Position numbers and translations under genes: made by a program. From positions 262,549-326,548 of the forward strand of contig NIVC01000578.1 in the NCBI GenBank assembly GCA_002269645.1: DNA of 64,000 nt, given 5' to 3'. Under the pieces are notes generated by a model. It was not told the DNA's origin, did no database searches, and saw nothing but the letters and a program-made list of their open reading frames with translations. Source of the stretch: Macrostomum lignano. Lineage: Eukaryota. Below are positions 1 to 24,237 of the stretch, piece by piece. The stretch's first letter is position 1. Every line of letters starts with the position of its first letter.

Positions 1-611
1 AATGCGTTATCGTACAGCGAGTTTCCAATCCAGACACCTAATGCTAGATCGCCATGCTTTCTCCCGAGGGGGGGGGTAGTCAAGGAGGCCGCGGCTCCGC
101 CTCTGTACTGTTGGCAGTGGGAAAGCCCAATTGAGATTTTGAGACAGCACCATCCAATTGATTAATCTGTGATGAAGGATCGCCTTGGCTGGTCTGGCGG
201 AAGCTTTAGTTGAATCTTTTTCGGTTTTTTATTCACTTGGCTGCAGGAGGGGCCGCCCGCCTCTGCACGCCTCGCTGCTAATTGGGCCTGCGCTAGTTTT
301 TGGAGGCCCGGCTAACCCGTGTAATTACCTGCAGTCTCTCTTCTCCCTCACTTCAGAGATTTTCGCACAAAAGCTTGCTTTATTGACAGGCACCGTTCAC
401 GATCGCCAAAAATATATGCGCTGACTTGTCCTTATTAATATTTCACATCTCTGTCACTTATTCCTGGTTCAATATTTAAATGTATAGGCAACCAACGAAA
501 TTGACGATTAATCTGAAATACGCTTTCAGGCTACTTATTGGATTGTCAGTAGTCGATATGGGATTTTTCGACTGTGTTATTAAAGTATTGTAAAAGTACA
601 AACATAGATTT

Positions 612-980
612 TGTCACGATATGTATCGAAATCTATTATTTGGCCAATAGGTATGGACAATTATTTTTTGCCGATATGTATCGACAACTACTCTTTGCCG
701 ATATGTATCGACAACTACTCTTTGCCGATATGTATCGAAATCTATTCTTTGCCGATATGTATCGAACATCTATTCTTTGCCGATATGTATTGACAACTAC
801 TCTTTGCCGATATGTATTGACAACTACTCTTTGCCGATATGTAACGACAACTACTCTGTGCCGATATGTATCGAAATCTATTATTTGCCGAAATTTATCG
901 AACATCTATTCTTTGCCGATATGTATCGACTACTACTCTTTGCCGATATGTATCGACAACTACTATTTGGCGATATGTAT
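612..980. repeat. 27-bp intronic minisatellite (TACTCTTTGCCGATATGTATCGACAAC)
   Basis: Tandem copies visible directly; ends just before the acceptor at 997. Confidence 0.95.
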
Positions 981-997
981 TTCTAAATGCATTGCAG

Positions 998-1578
998 TTG
1001 TCCGCGATCTGCACAAGCAGCAGCCAGAGCGGCTGGCCGACCCCGTCGAGCTGCGCCGCCTGCCCCAGTTCGTGCCGGACTACACGGCCAAGGCCAAGCA
1101 GAACATGCAGTACCTGAAGATCACGCAGGCCCAGTACGCCGCCCTGCTGCGCATCTCCGACATCATCAGGCAGGAGGAAGCCGCGGCCGGGCGCGAGTTC
1201 GCCGGCCCGGAGCTCGAAGAGAAGCTCGGCGCCCTGTTCGCCGCCTACTTTCCCAGGCAGCTGGGCCGCCAAGGTATCGGCGGCAGGCGGCCGTCCCGCT
1301 TCTCCGTCAACAGCCCCTTCGCCGCCAGCGCCGCCGCGTCGCCTACTAACGAAGCCAGGGCTGCCGCCGCCGCCTTGCAAACCGCCTCTCCGTCATCGGT
1401 CGAAGCCTCCGCCAGCGCAGCCGCTTCCGCCGCCACCGCCGCCCCAACCGCCCCCGCCGACGCCGTCGTTGTGGTCGACGCTGCTCCGGCACCGGCCGCT
1501 GCCGTGGCCGCCGCTGCCGACGCTGCCGCCTCTGCTAATGACGATTCGCCATTGATTAATGGGGGAGTCAGCGCTTGA
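998..1578 (+). CDS. CNNM: Terminal coding exon of a CNNM/cyclin M (ACDP) metal transporter; end of the CNBH domain plus Ala-rich tail; upstream exons lie outside the window
   Basis: Acceptor attgcag ends at 997; GC3-rich frame; FVPDYTAKAKQNMQYLKITQAQY resembles the CNNM C-terminal motif (F/Y)xPDYSVRAxxDLQFxKIxRxxY; TGA at 1576-1578. The N-terminal part of track ORF 574..1578 is translated intronic minisatellite. Confidence 0.72.
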
Positions 1579-1640
1579 GGAGTTTTTTCACCCCCCTGTC
1601 GGCTAGCTGGGTCCCGGCCTCCCCTCTGCTCCCTTCGTTA

Positions 1641-1870
1641 CTGCTGAGTCAGTGTGCTGCCTGCTGCTGAGTCAGTGTGCTGCTGAGTCAGTGTGCTGCT
1701 GAGTCAGTGTGAAGGTTGCTGCTGAGTCAGTGTGCAGGCTGCTGCTGAGTCAGTGTGCAGGTTGCTGCTGAGTCAGTGTGCAGGCTGCTGCTGAGTCAGT
1801 GTGCAGGCTGCTGCTGAGTCAGTGTGCTGCTGAGTCAGTGTGCTGCTGAGTCAGTGTGAAGGTTGCTGCT
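1641..1870. repeat. Short tandem repeat built on GCTGCTGAGTCAGTGT (11 copies of TGCTGAGTCA)
   Basis: Counted directly; begins about 60 bp after the CNNM stop codon. Confidence 0.93.
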
Positions 1871-2479
1871 TGTATCAACAGCTCTCCAGCCAAAGAATTA
1901 CGAGCCAAGCTCCTATATCGCCCAAAATGTAATATTTCCCGAATCCAAATTCCCTGAGCGAGCCCACAAAGCCATCCCACAAGCGCTAAGTGAGTTGCCT
2001 TTTCGATTTTTTTTTTACATCTGTTTTTGCAACGGCGTGTGTTTGTTAGGTCACACCCGAGCTCTAGCGAGGATTTTTCACATTGTCAATCAAGACTTAC
2101 AGCAGTTTTTCATGACTGTTTGTCCTATTTTTGTCTTCTTGTTCTTCTGCGCGGCGCCCATCGACAAAGATAAAAAGAAGAAGGTGCAACACAAAAAAAG
2201 CAATTTTCTCTTTCTATATTGTGCGTTTTGCCTTATCTACCGAGATAAAAGATATTTTTGCTAGATGGAGTCCCCTGATACACTTTGTGACTCTTTTTCT
2301 CTGGCTGACCGCCCTAGCATAAATGTATTTCCTGTGTCTGACGACGACTGACTCTGGACAGTGCGTGGTTTTTTATTCCCGCTTTTGTCTTGTTTTTAAT
2401 TTATTTACTGTTTCCTATCCGAGATAGTTTTTATTTTCTTCCAGTTTTTGTTAGCCTATCGATTATTTGCAGCAGTTGG

Positions 2480-3186
2480 AGGTCCGCGGAGTGAGGTGGG
2501 TGATAGGAATGTACATTTAGACCCTGTAAACTTATAGAGCCTCGATGCCAGCCAATGAGATTCAAGGAATGGTTTGTAGTGGCGACTGGCGGCGTGAGTT
2601 GGGTTCTAGAGGGTAGGAATGTACATTTAGATCCCTGCGTGTTTTGAGCCCCGATGCCAGCCAATGAGATTCAAGGAAGGGTTTTTAGTGGCGGCTGGCG
2701 GCGTGAGGTGGGTTATAGAGGGTAGGAAGGAATGTATATTTAGAGCCCGTGCGTGTTTTTTAGCGCCGATGCCAGCCAATGAGATCGAAGGAAGGGTTTT
2801 TAGTGGCGGCTGGCGGCGTGAGGTGGGTTATAGAGGGTAGGAAGGAATGTATATTTAGAGCCCGTGCGTGTTTTTTAGCGCCGATGCCAGCCAATGAGAT
2901 CGAAGGAAGGGTTTTTAGTGGCGGCTGGCGGCGTGAGGTGGGTTATAGAGGGTAGGAAGGAATGTATATTTAGAGCCCGAGAGTATTTTGTAGCGCCGAT
3001 GCCAGCCAATGAGATCGAAGGAAGGGTTTTTAGTGGCGGCTGGCGGCGTGAGGTGGGTTATAGAGGGTAGGAAGGAATGTATATTTAGAGCCCGAGAGTA
3101 TTTTGTAGCGCCGATGCCAGCCAATGAGATTCAAGGAAGGCTTTCTAGTGGCGGCTGGCGGCGTGAGGTGGATTCTAGAGGGTAGG
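2480..3186. repeat. 115-bp tandem repeat, about 6 copies, each containing AGCCAATGAG
   Basis: CCAAT at 2552, 2661, 2776, 2891, 3006 and 3121. Confidence 0.93.
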
Positions 3187-4029
3187 CAGACGGCACAGAT
3201 TTCCTTTGATTTTTTAGCTCTAAATTTATAGTTTTTAATCGCCATCGCGCTTAGTTACCGTACTCCGGCCTGATTCAGCTCAGCGTGTTTTTATTCGTGT
3301 TTTAACGTGTTTGCAGTTCGGATTCTGATCACGATTGCTGATTCTTGTCGTACAAGTTTGGAAATTCATATTCAAGTTTCAAATTCAAAGAGATCAACAC
3401 ATTCAATATGTTTATATAACTCCTCTAGCCATTTTTGTTATGCATATTCATATTTTTATTCATTATTTGCTTACTCATTAGCATTGAACATTCGGTCTGT
3501 GCTTTGTTGCCGCTGTGCCTGCGGCCTGCTGGGGCTCCGATGAAATTTAGTTTTATAATAATTTGCTCGCATTAGCGTCCAATTTGATAGCTATTTGAGT
3601 ACGGCTATGAGCATCTTTCACTTATCTGCACTTTTTTTATTTCTACATGTACCTCATCATGCGCTAAATGACACATTTTGTGCACTGCACTTTTATTTAA
3701 GCAAATTAACTAATTACCACCTGTGTTTTCTACTAGATTATTGACTGTAGTAACTAAATATAAGTAGCACAATGGCATGCATATTTTACTAAACAGTTCC
3801 TTGCCTACTGGCTCGAGATCACTTTAGTTGATGGAAAAAAAATCGACTTCAAATTGGGTTTTATTTTTTTAGTATCTGAATGTTGCTTACTGCACTACTG
3901 ACAGTAGGGCACTGAGATTGCAAATCATACCATGACATTCGACTGCAAGCATTAAATAATAATTATGTCGAATTATCGCTCAAAACAGTCACGGTGCCTT
4001 TATTGGAACCATCAGTGCCTGAATTACAA

Positions 4030-4290
4030 TTAATGCCTGAATCCCAATCAGTGATACCTGAATCCCAATCAGTGATACCTGAATCACAGTCATCATAGCC
4101 TGAATCACAGTTATCATAGCCTGAATCACAGTCATCATAGCCTGAATCACAGTTATCATAGCCTGAATCACAGTCATCATAGCCTGAATCACAGTCATCA
4201 TAGCCTGAATCACAGTTATCATAGCCTGAATCACAGTCATCATAGCCTGAATCACAGTTATCATAGCCTGAATCACAGTTATCATAGCCT
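4030..4290. repeat. 21-bp minisatellite (CCTGAATCACAGTTATCATAG)
   Basis: Direct tandem copies. Confidence 0.93.
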
Positions 4291-5721
4291 GGGTGCTTTC
4301 GAGCTCTCACTGATATAGATCTTAGATTTCCTCAGTTGCCATGCAGTCGTCCAGATAAAAGGTCCATGCCGCCATGTCCTCTCCGAGTCAATAAATCCTG
4401 CTCAAGCGCTTCCTGTTTCTTGAGTAGCGGGCTGATGATGAGGTCTATTTTCTCTCTCTCCGCTACTAGACAGCCAGTTTCGATTGACTTCACGCAGGCC
4501 AGTCATTTCTTATTTTAGAAGTCCATGGCAGCAGCAGCACTTGGCCAGCCGCAATATAATATCTCCAGCGAGAAGTGGGTAGAGCTGGACTCGAAGAGGG
4601 TCGCCTCTGATGGAGAAAGCCTGCCAGCGAACTCACTTATAAGCTGCCGAGCTGCGATGACAATCAGAGATTCCGGGCTCGGGGACTCGTCAGTTCAATC
4701 TCCCCAACTGATTGAGGGGAGGTCCGAGAAAATCCCATTAGTAAGCTAAGGGGCGTGGAGTACTAGACCTAGAATGTGGAGAGAAGGATGAGACAGCCCC
4801 AGCCAAGGAGTTTTCAGCTGAGTTTTGTAGTCTGTTCCATCTGCAGAGGCGTAAGCAGCTGGCAAAAATGCATTTGGCGCCACTGGTGCTGGCGCCACTG
4901 GTGCTGGTGGCGCCCCCCAATGAAAACTCCGGACTAATCTTTCCCCGGCCAAACCGGACATTCTGTCCGGGACTCCATGGCCAAAGGATTTCGCATTAAA
5001 GTGAGTCAGCTTCTGCTCACGAAATCCCCTTTTTCGCCCAGATCCCAGCCAGAGAAATCCCGCCTGAGCCAACAGGTTCATCTCTCCCGCGCGTCCAAGA
5101 AGGCCGAGCCGCTGCATGCGCGGGCAAGTCGGGCAGGGCGGCCACGCAGCCGCCGTTTATTTCCGGTGTTGGTCGGCAACAGTAAAACAAAACAGAAACA
5201 AAACAGAAACGACTGGGACGTCAGGAGCAGAAAATTATAAAAACAACAACGGACAGAAGATCATCTGGGTGGCAGGAATTCTTTGGGCGATAATGGGATT
5301 TTATTTATGAGTAATATCTGGGGAGGCCTGCTGAGAACAAAAGACTATTCAGGTGAGTAGGGGGGGGGGCACTCGTGTGCTCCGGTGCAGAGTGGACAAC
5401 ATGAAGCTGACGGTGCGGCAGGGAGGGTTCGACAGCACGGGACAGAAAATGACATCTCTTTGCGCGCCTGTCGGGGACCTCAGCGGACACTTGGACTGGA
5501 AACTGATACTGGGTGCAAAAGTCAGCCATGCTGAAATTGACCCAGGTGTTCCAGTCCAGGTCAGCAGTGGTCCCGAGCGCCTGCTCAGGCTAACAACTCA
5601 TTTTATAGACAAATCTGATAACTCAAAACTGAAGAAAGAACACAAGATAACAAAACAATTGTTAATTGATAAAAAACACAGCTGAAAGAGAGGGGGCAGC
5701 TGGGAGGATGATGATAGGGCG

Positions 5722-6822
5722 TCACGCGTACGACCTGAGCTCCGTGAAGACGTCGATGAAGAAGGCCGGGTCGGAGTTGAGCCGCAGCATGTCGGCGCTG
5801 CGCAGGTTGGCCAGGCTGATGCAGCGGTCCCAGAAGGCCGCCCGGTTGCCGTCCACCAGGAAGGGCTTGAGCGGGTAGCTGATCTCGTTGCCCATGTAGG
5901 AGTAGGCCACGTACAGGCAGGTGAGCAGCGTGGCCTGCAGCTGCCGCTCCGAGGCGATGTCGGCTGGCACAGCCGCCTTCACCAGCAGGTAGAAGAACAC
6001 GAGGTTCGGCGGGTTCACGAAGGCCATGTCCGCCCAGCCCTGCAGGATGAGGTTGCGGTCCACAGAGCGGATCCAGGACACCACGGAGCCGGAGTCGCAG
6101 TGGAGCTCGGAGCAGTGCTGGCGCAGGAAGGCCGCCACGCACTTCAGCAGATCCGAGGTGCTCGCCTGCACCAGCAGCCGCCGGCTGTCGGAGGCGCCGG
6201 ACCGGCCGGTGTTCTCCTTGTCGCCTTCCGGTGTCGCGCCGGCAGCGGCCGCGGCGGCGGTGCCGGCCGAAGCTGAGGCGGCGGCGGCGCCTGCAGCCGA
6301 AGCTTTGATGGCGTAGCAGGAGGTGGACTTGGTGAGGCCGGAGCGGCTCTGCTGCGACTTGCAAGGGGCCGCCGGCAGCTGCAGTTGTTGCTGCTGCGGC
6401 TGCAGCAGGTGGCCTCCGTGGTGATGATGATGATGAGGCTGGGGATTCTGCGCCCCGCCATCATGGGACCAGTTGGAAATCGTGGCTATGGACGATGGCG
6501 GCAGCAGCTGGTGAGGTTGCTGGGGCTGCTGGGGCTGCTGCTTGCCCGCCAGCTGCTGCTGCTGCGCTGCCGTCTTGTCCTTCCGCCTGCCGAAGCCGGC
6601 CTGCCCGATGCTGAGGTTGCGGAAGCTGATGGAGCTCGGCAGGCCGGATCTGAACAAGCCGCTCGAGTGTCCGGAATTGGCCGAACTGCCCCCGGCCAGG
6701 GAGGCCCGGTCAGTCTTGAGGCTGAAGGTGGACTTGGAGGTGCGCAGCTGCTGGCCCCATCCGCTGCCACCGTTGATGCCGTTGGGCGGCCCGTCTCGGG
6801 GCGAGGAGAGCGCCGTGCCCAT
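5722..6822 (-). CDS. CDK5R1: Cyclin-dependent kinase 5 activator (p35/p39 family), intronless, 366 aa
   Basis: N-terminal MGTALS (myristoylation-type, cf. MGTVLS); C-terminal activator fold ASTSDLLKC...RSVDRNLILQGW...NLVFFYLL...LTCLYVAYSYMGNEISYPLKPFLV...FWDRC...MLRLNSDPAFF..VFTELR. Confidence 0.96.
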   Translation of the reverse strand: MGTALSSPRDGPPNGINGGSGWGQQLRTSKSTFSLKTDRASLAGGSSANSGHSSGLFRSGLPSSISFRNLSIGQAGFGRRKDKTAAQQQQLAGKQQPQQPQQPHQLLPPSSIATISNWSHDGGAQNPQPHHHHHHGGHLLQPQQQQLQLPAAPCKSQQSRSGLTKSTSCYAIKASAAGAAAASASAGTAAAAAAGATPEGDKENTGRSGASDSRRLLVQASTSDLLKCVAAFLRQHCSELHCDSGSVVSWIRSVDRNLILQGWADMAFVNPPNLVFFYLLVKAAVPADIASERQLQATLLTCLYVAYSYMGNEISYPLKPFLVDGNRAAFWDRCISLANLRSADMLRLNSDPAFFIDVFTELRSYA

Positions 6823-7940
6823 GGCTGTCCGAGCTGAGCTGCGAATGTCGGCCGCGAGTTCAGCAGAAGCGGCGGGCCATTGCGGATGATCAACTTTCTT
6901 CTTGAGCTTATTGAGCTTCTTCGGCCACCGATAAGTTTTCGCAGCGGCGATCGTAAGAGTCGGGGAGGCTGGGCCGGGGTTCAGCGAGCGCCCGGCATCG
7001 CCCCGCTATTTAAAACTGAAACCTGCGCTTGCGAGCCGGGGTGGAGAGGGCAGGCAGGGGGGAGGCTGTGAGCTGGCGAATGCAGGCAGACGCCAAAGGA
7101 AAAGCGACTCGAGACGAGGCTGCAACTACAGCAGGGGAAGCTGGGCTGGGGCAGATGAAGGCTGAGCAGCTGGGGCTACCTGCGACCTGAGACCGGGGGC
7201 TGAGCGCAAAGGGAAATTGGAATGGGGAGAGGCTGGGCGAAGTGGCGGAGGATGAGGCGCGGCGGCTCTACGGCGAGGCTGAGCTGCATTGGTTGGAGAG
7301 GCGAGAGATGCGCGGGTTTGAGCAGGGGAACTCAAGCACTGGCGCTGCCCCCGCTCAGCCTCTCCCTCTCTATCCCCCCTTCCCAATCCCAGCATCCGTC
7401 ACTGCCTCATCGCGGGCTGCAGAGCAGCGTGGGGCCGGCTGAAGCCCATAAAAATCGATACGCGCTGAGGCGGGAGGGAGAAGGCGGCACGCCACCCCCC
7501 CCCCCTGCCTGCCGTCCCCGCGGTATCCAAGGCCGGGCGGAGGCGGCCGCAGCTGAGGGCGTCTCCGCGCCTCGCTCCCTCGCCCTGCCGCCCGGGGGCT
7601 GGGGAACGATGCAAAGAATGAGGGAAGAAACTCCCGCATTAGGGATTGGGAAGGGAAGAGTCTGCTGGGGGAGAGGCCGACAGACGCAGTGGCTGCGCGA
7701 AGGACGCCCCGCTGTCCTCTGGGCGGCTGCCCTGAGCATCCAGCGAGTGAAAGCTGCCCGGGTTTGTTGTGCAAGACGGGAAAGGGAAAGCGGAGGCTGA
7801 GGGGATGATGGCGGATGCTGGACAGGATAATGAGGAATTAATGAAGAATTGGAGAACTATTAAACTGACTGCTGGATGTGAAATAGTAAACTGGACGAAG
7901 ATTCAATCGTGGAGAGGGGAACGTGGGGTTTAGACACGGG

Positions 7941-8394
7941 GGTGAGGATCGGAGACGGAGGGTGAGGATCGGAGACGGAGGGTGAGGATCGGAGACGGAG
8001 GGTGAGGATCGGAGATGGAGGGTGAGGATCGGAGACGGAGGGTGAGGATCGGAGACGGAGGGTGAGGATCGGAGACGGAGGGTGAGGATCGGAGACGGAG
8101 GGTGAGGATCGGAGACGGAGGGTGAGGATCGGAGACGGAGGGTGAGGATCGGAGACGGAGGGTGAGGATCGGAGACGGAGGGTGAGGATCGGAGACGGAG
8201 GGTGAGGATCGGAGACGGAGGGTGAGGATCGGAGACGGAGGGTGAGGATCGGAGACGGAGGGTGAGGATCGGAGACGGAGGGTGAGGATCGGAGATGGAG
8301 GGTGAGGATCGGAGACGGAGGGTGAGGATCGGAGACGGAGGGTGAGGATCGGAGACGGAGGGTGAGGATCGGAGACGGAGGGTGAGGATCGGAG
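7941..8394. repeat. 20-bp minisatellite (GGAGACGGAGGGTGAGGATC)
   Basis: Near-perfect tandem array. Confidence 0.96.
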
Positions 8395-9363
8395 AGGAGA
8401 CACGCTGAAAAAGATATTATAAATGAAAATGGGAACAGATGAAGAACAGTGAGAAGTGGACAGAGACACAAAGAGCAGGGGATGAAAATTGGATGTTGCG
8501 ACGTTTGAGCTGGGATTAATGGCGAAGTCGCGAGCTCATCTCTCATCCCGATTTTATCCTCGGTCAGTGAGGAGATTCGCAATTGTTCCTCTCAGTCGCG
8601 ATTGTGTTTCGGTTGCTGGGCGACCGAATGCGAACCCGGTGATCAGTGCGGCTTCGACAAAGGAGGGAATTATAGGTAGGGAAAAGGTAATTAATATCAG
8701 GGCGGACAAATGGGCTGCACTGTCTTTGTTAAAGTCGCTTGATTTACAACTCTAAGGCAGATGGGACTCTAAAGCATGCCTTCATCTCACAGTGCGCTTA
8801 TCCCAGCATGCCTTCATCTCACTGTGCGCTTATCCCAGCATGCCTTCATCTCACTGTGCGCTTATCCCAGCATGCCTTCATCTCACTGTGCGCTTATCCC
8901 AGCATGCCTTCATCTCACTGTGCGCTTATCCCAACATGCCTTCATCTCACTGTGCGCTTATCCCAGCATGCCTTCATCTCACTGTGCGCTTATCCCAGCA
9001 TGCCATCATCTCACTGTGCGCTTATCCCAACATGCCTTCATCTCACTGTGCGCTTATCCCAGCATGCCTTCATCTCACTGTGCGCTTATCCCAGCATGCC
9101 ATCATCTCACTGTGCGCTTATCCCAGCATGCCTTCATCTCACTGTGCGCTTATCCCAGCATGCCTTCATCTCACTGTGCGCTTATCCCAGCATGCCTTCA
9201 TCTCACTGTGCGCTTATCCCAGCATGCCATCATCTCACTGTGCGCTTATCCCAGCATGCCTTCATCTCACTGTGCGCTTATCCCAACATGCCTTCATCTC
9301 ACTGTGTGCTTATCCCAGCATGCCATCATCTCACTGTGCGCTTATCCCAGCATGCCATCATCT

Positions 9364-14125
<4,762 letters not shown>

Positions 14126-14370
14126 TTCAAGAGCAGACAGGGTTTGAGCAGACGCTTGCTTGCACCCAGTGTTGACTGTGGGATTCTCTGCGTGCTTCCC
14201 CATCCATTTGGCCTCCCGGCTGTTGACTCAGACGGTGGGGAGGCCGCCGCCTGCCAAAACCGGTAGTGGGAAAAACTGGGCGTTTATGACGGGATGAGCC
14301 AAGGAGAATTTGAACCAGGATGTGGAGTGCCAGCTATTCCGTTAATCAGAATTCAAATTGAATCAAATTA

Positions 14371-15992
14371 CACTGGCACAATGCCATTTCAGCTTGAGTT
14401 CACACTGCCACAATGTCATTCCAGCTTGAGTTCACAATGCCATTCCAGCTTGAGTTCACAATGCCATTCCAGCTTGAGTTCACAATGCCATTCCAGCTTG
14501 AGTTCACACTGCCATTCCAGCTTGAGTTCACACTGCCATTCCAGCTTGAGTTCACACTGCCATTCCAGCTTGAGTTCACACTGCCACAATGTCATTCCAG
14601 CTTGAGTTCACACTGCCACAATGTCATTCCAGCTTGAGTTCACACTGCCACAATGCCATTCCAGCTTGAGTTCACACTGCCACAATGTCATTCCAGCTTG
14701 AGTTCACACTGCCACAATGTCATTCCAGCTTGAGTTCACACTGCCACACTGCCATTCCAGCTTGAGTTCACACTGCCACAATGTCATTCCAGCTTGAGTT
14801 CACACTGCCACAATGTCATTCCAGCTTGAATTCACACTGCCACAATGTCATTCCAGCTTGAGTTCACAATGCCATTCCAGCTTGAGTTCACAATGCCATT
14901 CCAGCTTGAGTTCACAATGCCATTCCAGCTAAAGTTCACACTGCCATTCCAGCTTGAGTTCACACTGCCACAATGTCATTCCAGCTTGAGTTCACACTGC
15001 CACAATGCCATTCCAGCTTGAATTCACACTGCCACAATGTCATTCCAGCTTGAATTCACACTGCCACAATGTCATTCCAGCTTGAGTTCACACTGCCATT
15101 CCAGCTAAAGTTCACACTGCCATTCCAGCTTGAGTTCACACTGCCATTCCAGCTTGAGTTCACACTGCCATTCCAGCTTGAGTTCACACTGCCATTCCAG
15201 CTTGAGTTCACACTGCCATTCCAGCTTGAGTTCACACTGCCATTCCAGCTTGAGTTCACACTGCCATTCCAGCTTGAGTTCACACTGCCATTCCAGCTTG
15301 AGTTCACACTGCCACAATGTCATTCCAGCTTGAGTTCACACTGCCACAATGTCATTCCAGCTTGAGTTCACACTGCCACAATGTCATTCCAGCTTGAGTT
15401 CACACTGCCACAATGCCATTCCAGCTTGAGTTCACACTGCCACAATGTCATTCCAGCTTGAGTTCACACTGCCACAATGCCATTCCAGCTTGAGTTCACA
15501 CTGCCACAATGTCATTCCAGCTTGAGTTCACACTGCCACAATGTCACTCCAGCTTGAGTTCACACTGCCACAATGCCATTCCAGCTTGAGTTCACACTTC
15601 CACAATGCCATTCCAGCTTGAGTTCACACTGCCATTCCAGCTTGAGTTCACACTGCCACAATGCCATTCCAGCTTGAGTTCACACTGCCACAATGTCATT
15701 CCAGCTTGAGTTCACACTGCCACAATGTCACTCCAGCTTGAGTTCACACTGCCACAATGCCATTCCAGCTTGAGTTCACACTGCCACAATGTCATTCCAG
15801 CTTGAGTTCACACTGCCACAATGTCACTCCAGCTTGAGTTCACACTGCCACAATGCCATTCCAGCTTGAGTTCACACTGCCACAATGTCATTCCAGCTTG
15901 AGTTCACACTGCCACAATGTCACTCCAGCTTGAGTTCACACTGCCACAATGTCATTCCAGCTTGAGTTCACACTGCCACAATGTCACTCCAG
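14371..15992. repeat. Mixed 24/33-bp minisatellite (CCATTCCAGCTTGAGTTCACACTG with or without CCACAATGT)
   Basis: Direct tandem copies with two unit lengths interspersed. Confidence 0.96.
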
Positions 15993-16802
15993 TTTCAAAT
16001 CTACCGGGTGCTGCTTTGAGAAATGCCTGGTTTGGGGAGAGCAGCTCTCCAGATCCCGCTTCGAAGACTCCTCGGATGAGCGCGGCGACTCATTTTAAAG
16101 TGGAGTCGCTGCCCGACCTGCCCACCTGCGCCTCATCTTGCTGGCGACAGAAATTCAACCTGCCTCTGTCTGGCTCTCTCTTCCACTCTCTCCCTCCCTC
16201 TCTCTCAGGTCTTCCGTTTGCCGGCTCATGCGCTGCTCGTGGCCATCAAATACAGCCGTCACCTACCTCTCTGCTCTCTACCTCTCTTTTCTCTCTCTGC
16301 TCTACGGTGCATGCGTGAGTACTGAGCATGGTGAGCAGTGGGTGTACTCACGGCCCCCCTGCCCGCTGAATCCCATTCTCCGTCCTGAGCCAGCTCAGCT
16401 CCCCCCGCACGAACCCCGCCGCCCCGCCCCGGCAAGTACGATGGAGGACGGCGGGAAACACAGGCAGAGACCACAAGACAAACACCACCCCCACCCCAGT
16501 TCCTGTCGCCAGCCACTCCGGAGAACAATCGCTTCAATAAGAAACTCAAAAAGCGAGTCTGCAGCTTCGACCCTCGCCCAAGCACCCCTCCAATATTATT
16601 CGGCTGTTCTTTGCATTCTCTATTGTCAACTCGCCTCTGCGGGTCTGAGCTCCCCCCGCGTCTCCCGCATATTTCAGTTTATATTGTCTGCCGATAGTCT
16701 CGGCGAGAGTCAGGTCCAGTCGGCTCGACACTCAAAGAAGCAGAGTTTTTTATTTTTCTTAAAAAAGCACAAGCTACGAAAGCAAATTCCCAAATTCTAG
16801 AA

Positions 16803-23202
<6,400 letters not shown>

Positions 23203-24237
23203 GCCTGGCTTCAAGAGACTGCATGGGCTTATGCGAGCTGCGGCATCAACAATTTACTGCGGGATTTTGATACCCTAATTGTTCGCTTTTGCTCGACAGG
23301 GGGGGGGGGTTGTTTTTACTTCGAAGCGCCATGGAATTTGTTATAATCATGGCCCCAAGTTCATCGGCATGTCCGCCTGACCATCGCCCAGTGTACATGT
23401 TTGCCGCACATATATGAGTTCAGTGAACTCATCCGATATTAATTATTGTATACCTGGCAACAGGTATTGTTGAACATTTTAAAACACGTCTTTAACCAAT
23501 CTCGTTCTACTGCGATTCGATTCTCCAATGCTGCTGTTTACGATAAATTTCCTATTATATATCCATTTTTGATTAACTGAAATTCGATAAATTTTATGTA
23601 GTAGATTCTTTCCGATAGATTCACGACAAAAGGTTGCGTCCTGCACTGCCACATGCGCGGTGCACTGGATTGACTGCTAATTAAGTTCAAGCAGGTGACT
23701 GTCTTCAAAGATAAGCGCTCTATCGATTTTGTACAAATTTCATTTTTAATTACTTTTTTATCTCAACGTTTCAATGGTCTAATCTGCTATCTAAGCTCGT
23801 ATGCATGTACTTTTATCGGTGTATGTATTTTGGCACTAATTTAAATAGTGATTTTGTCGAATTTTCTTTCCTTTTAGATTTAGATCTAGTTGAAACTTTA
23901 ACAAACATACTTTTAGCTTTTTGAAATTGAGAAAGCCAATCGAAGTTCAAATTTATTTAAAATTTCTCTCCTATTTTTAAAACAGGTGTTTTTGTTAATT
24001 GTACCTCGCCCGATTTTAACTAACACTGCTTATCCAGAATGAAATAAATATATTGTTCATGCCTCCCAGGTGGTTCAACTCAGCCGATGGCATTCTTAAC
24101 GCCGCTGCATGAGCGCCTGTAAAGATCCAACCAATTGAACTCCACATAATTACGGGTATTTGATAGTGTTCATTTACAAACCTTGCCATTTTTCTTCTAG
24201 GAGTCTGCATGAGAGTTTACTTAGCTGTCCACGCACC

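Noticed and set aside
4300-4700. Coding-looking minus-strand stretch (…EREKIDLIISPLLKKQEALEQDLL…)
   Set aside because: Interrupted by stops, no recognisable family, no consistent splice sites; possibly decayed TE.
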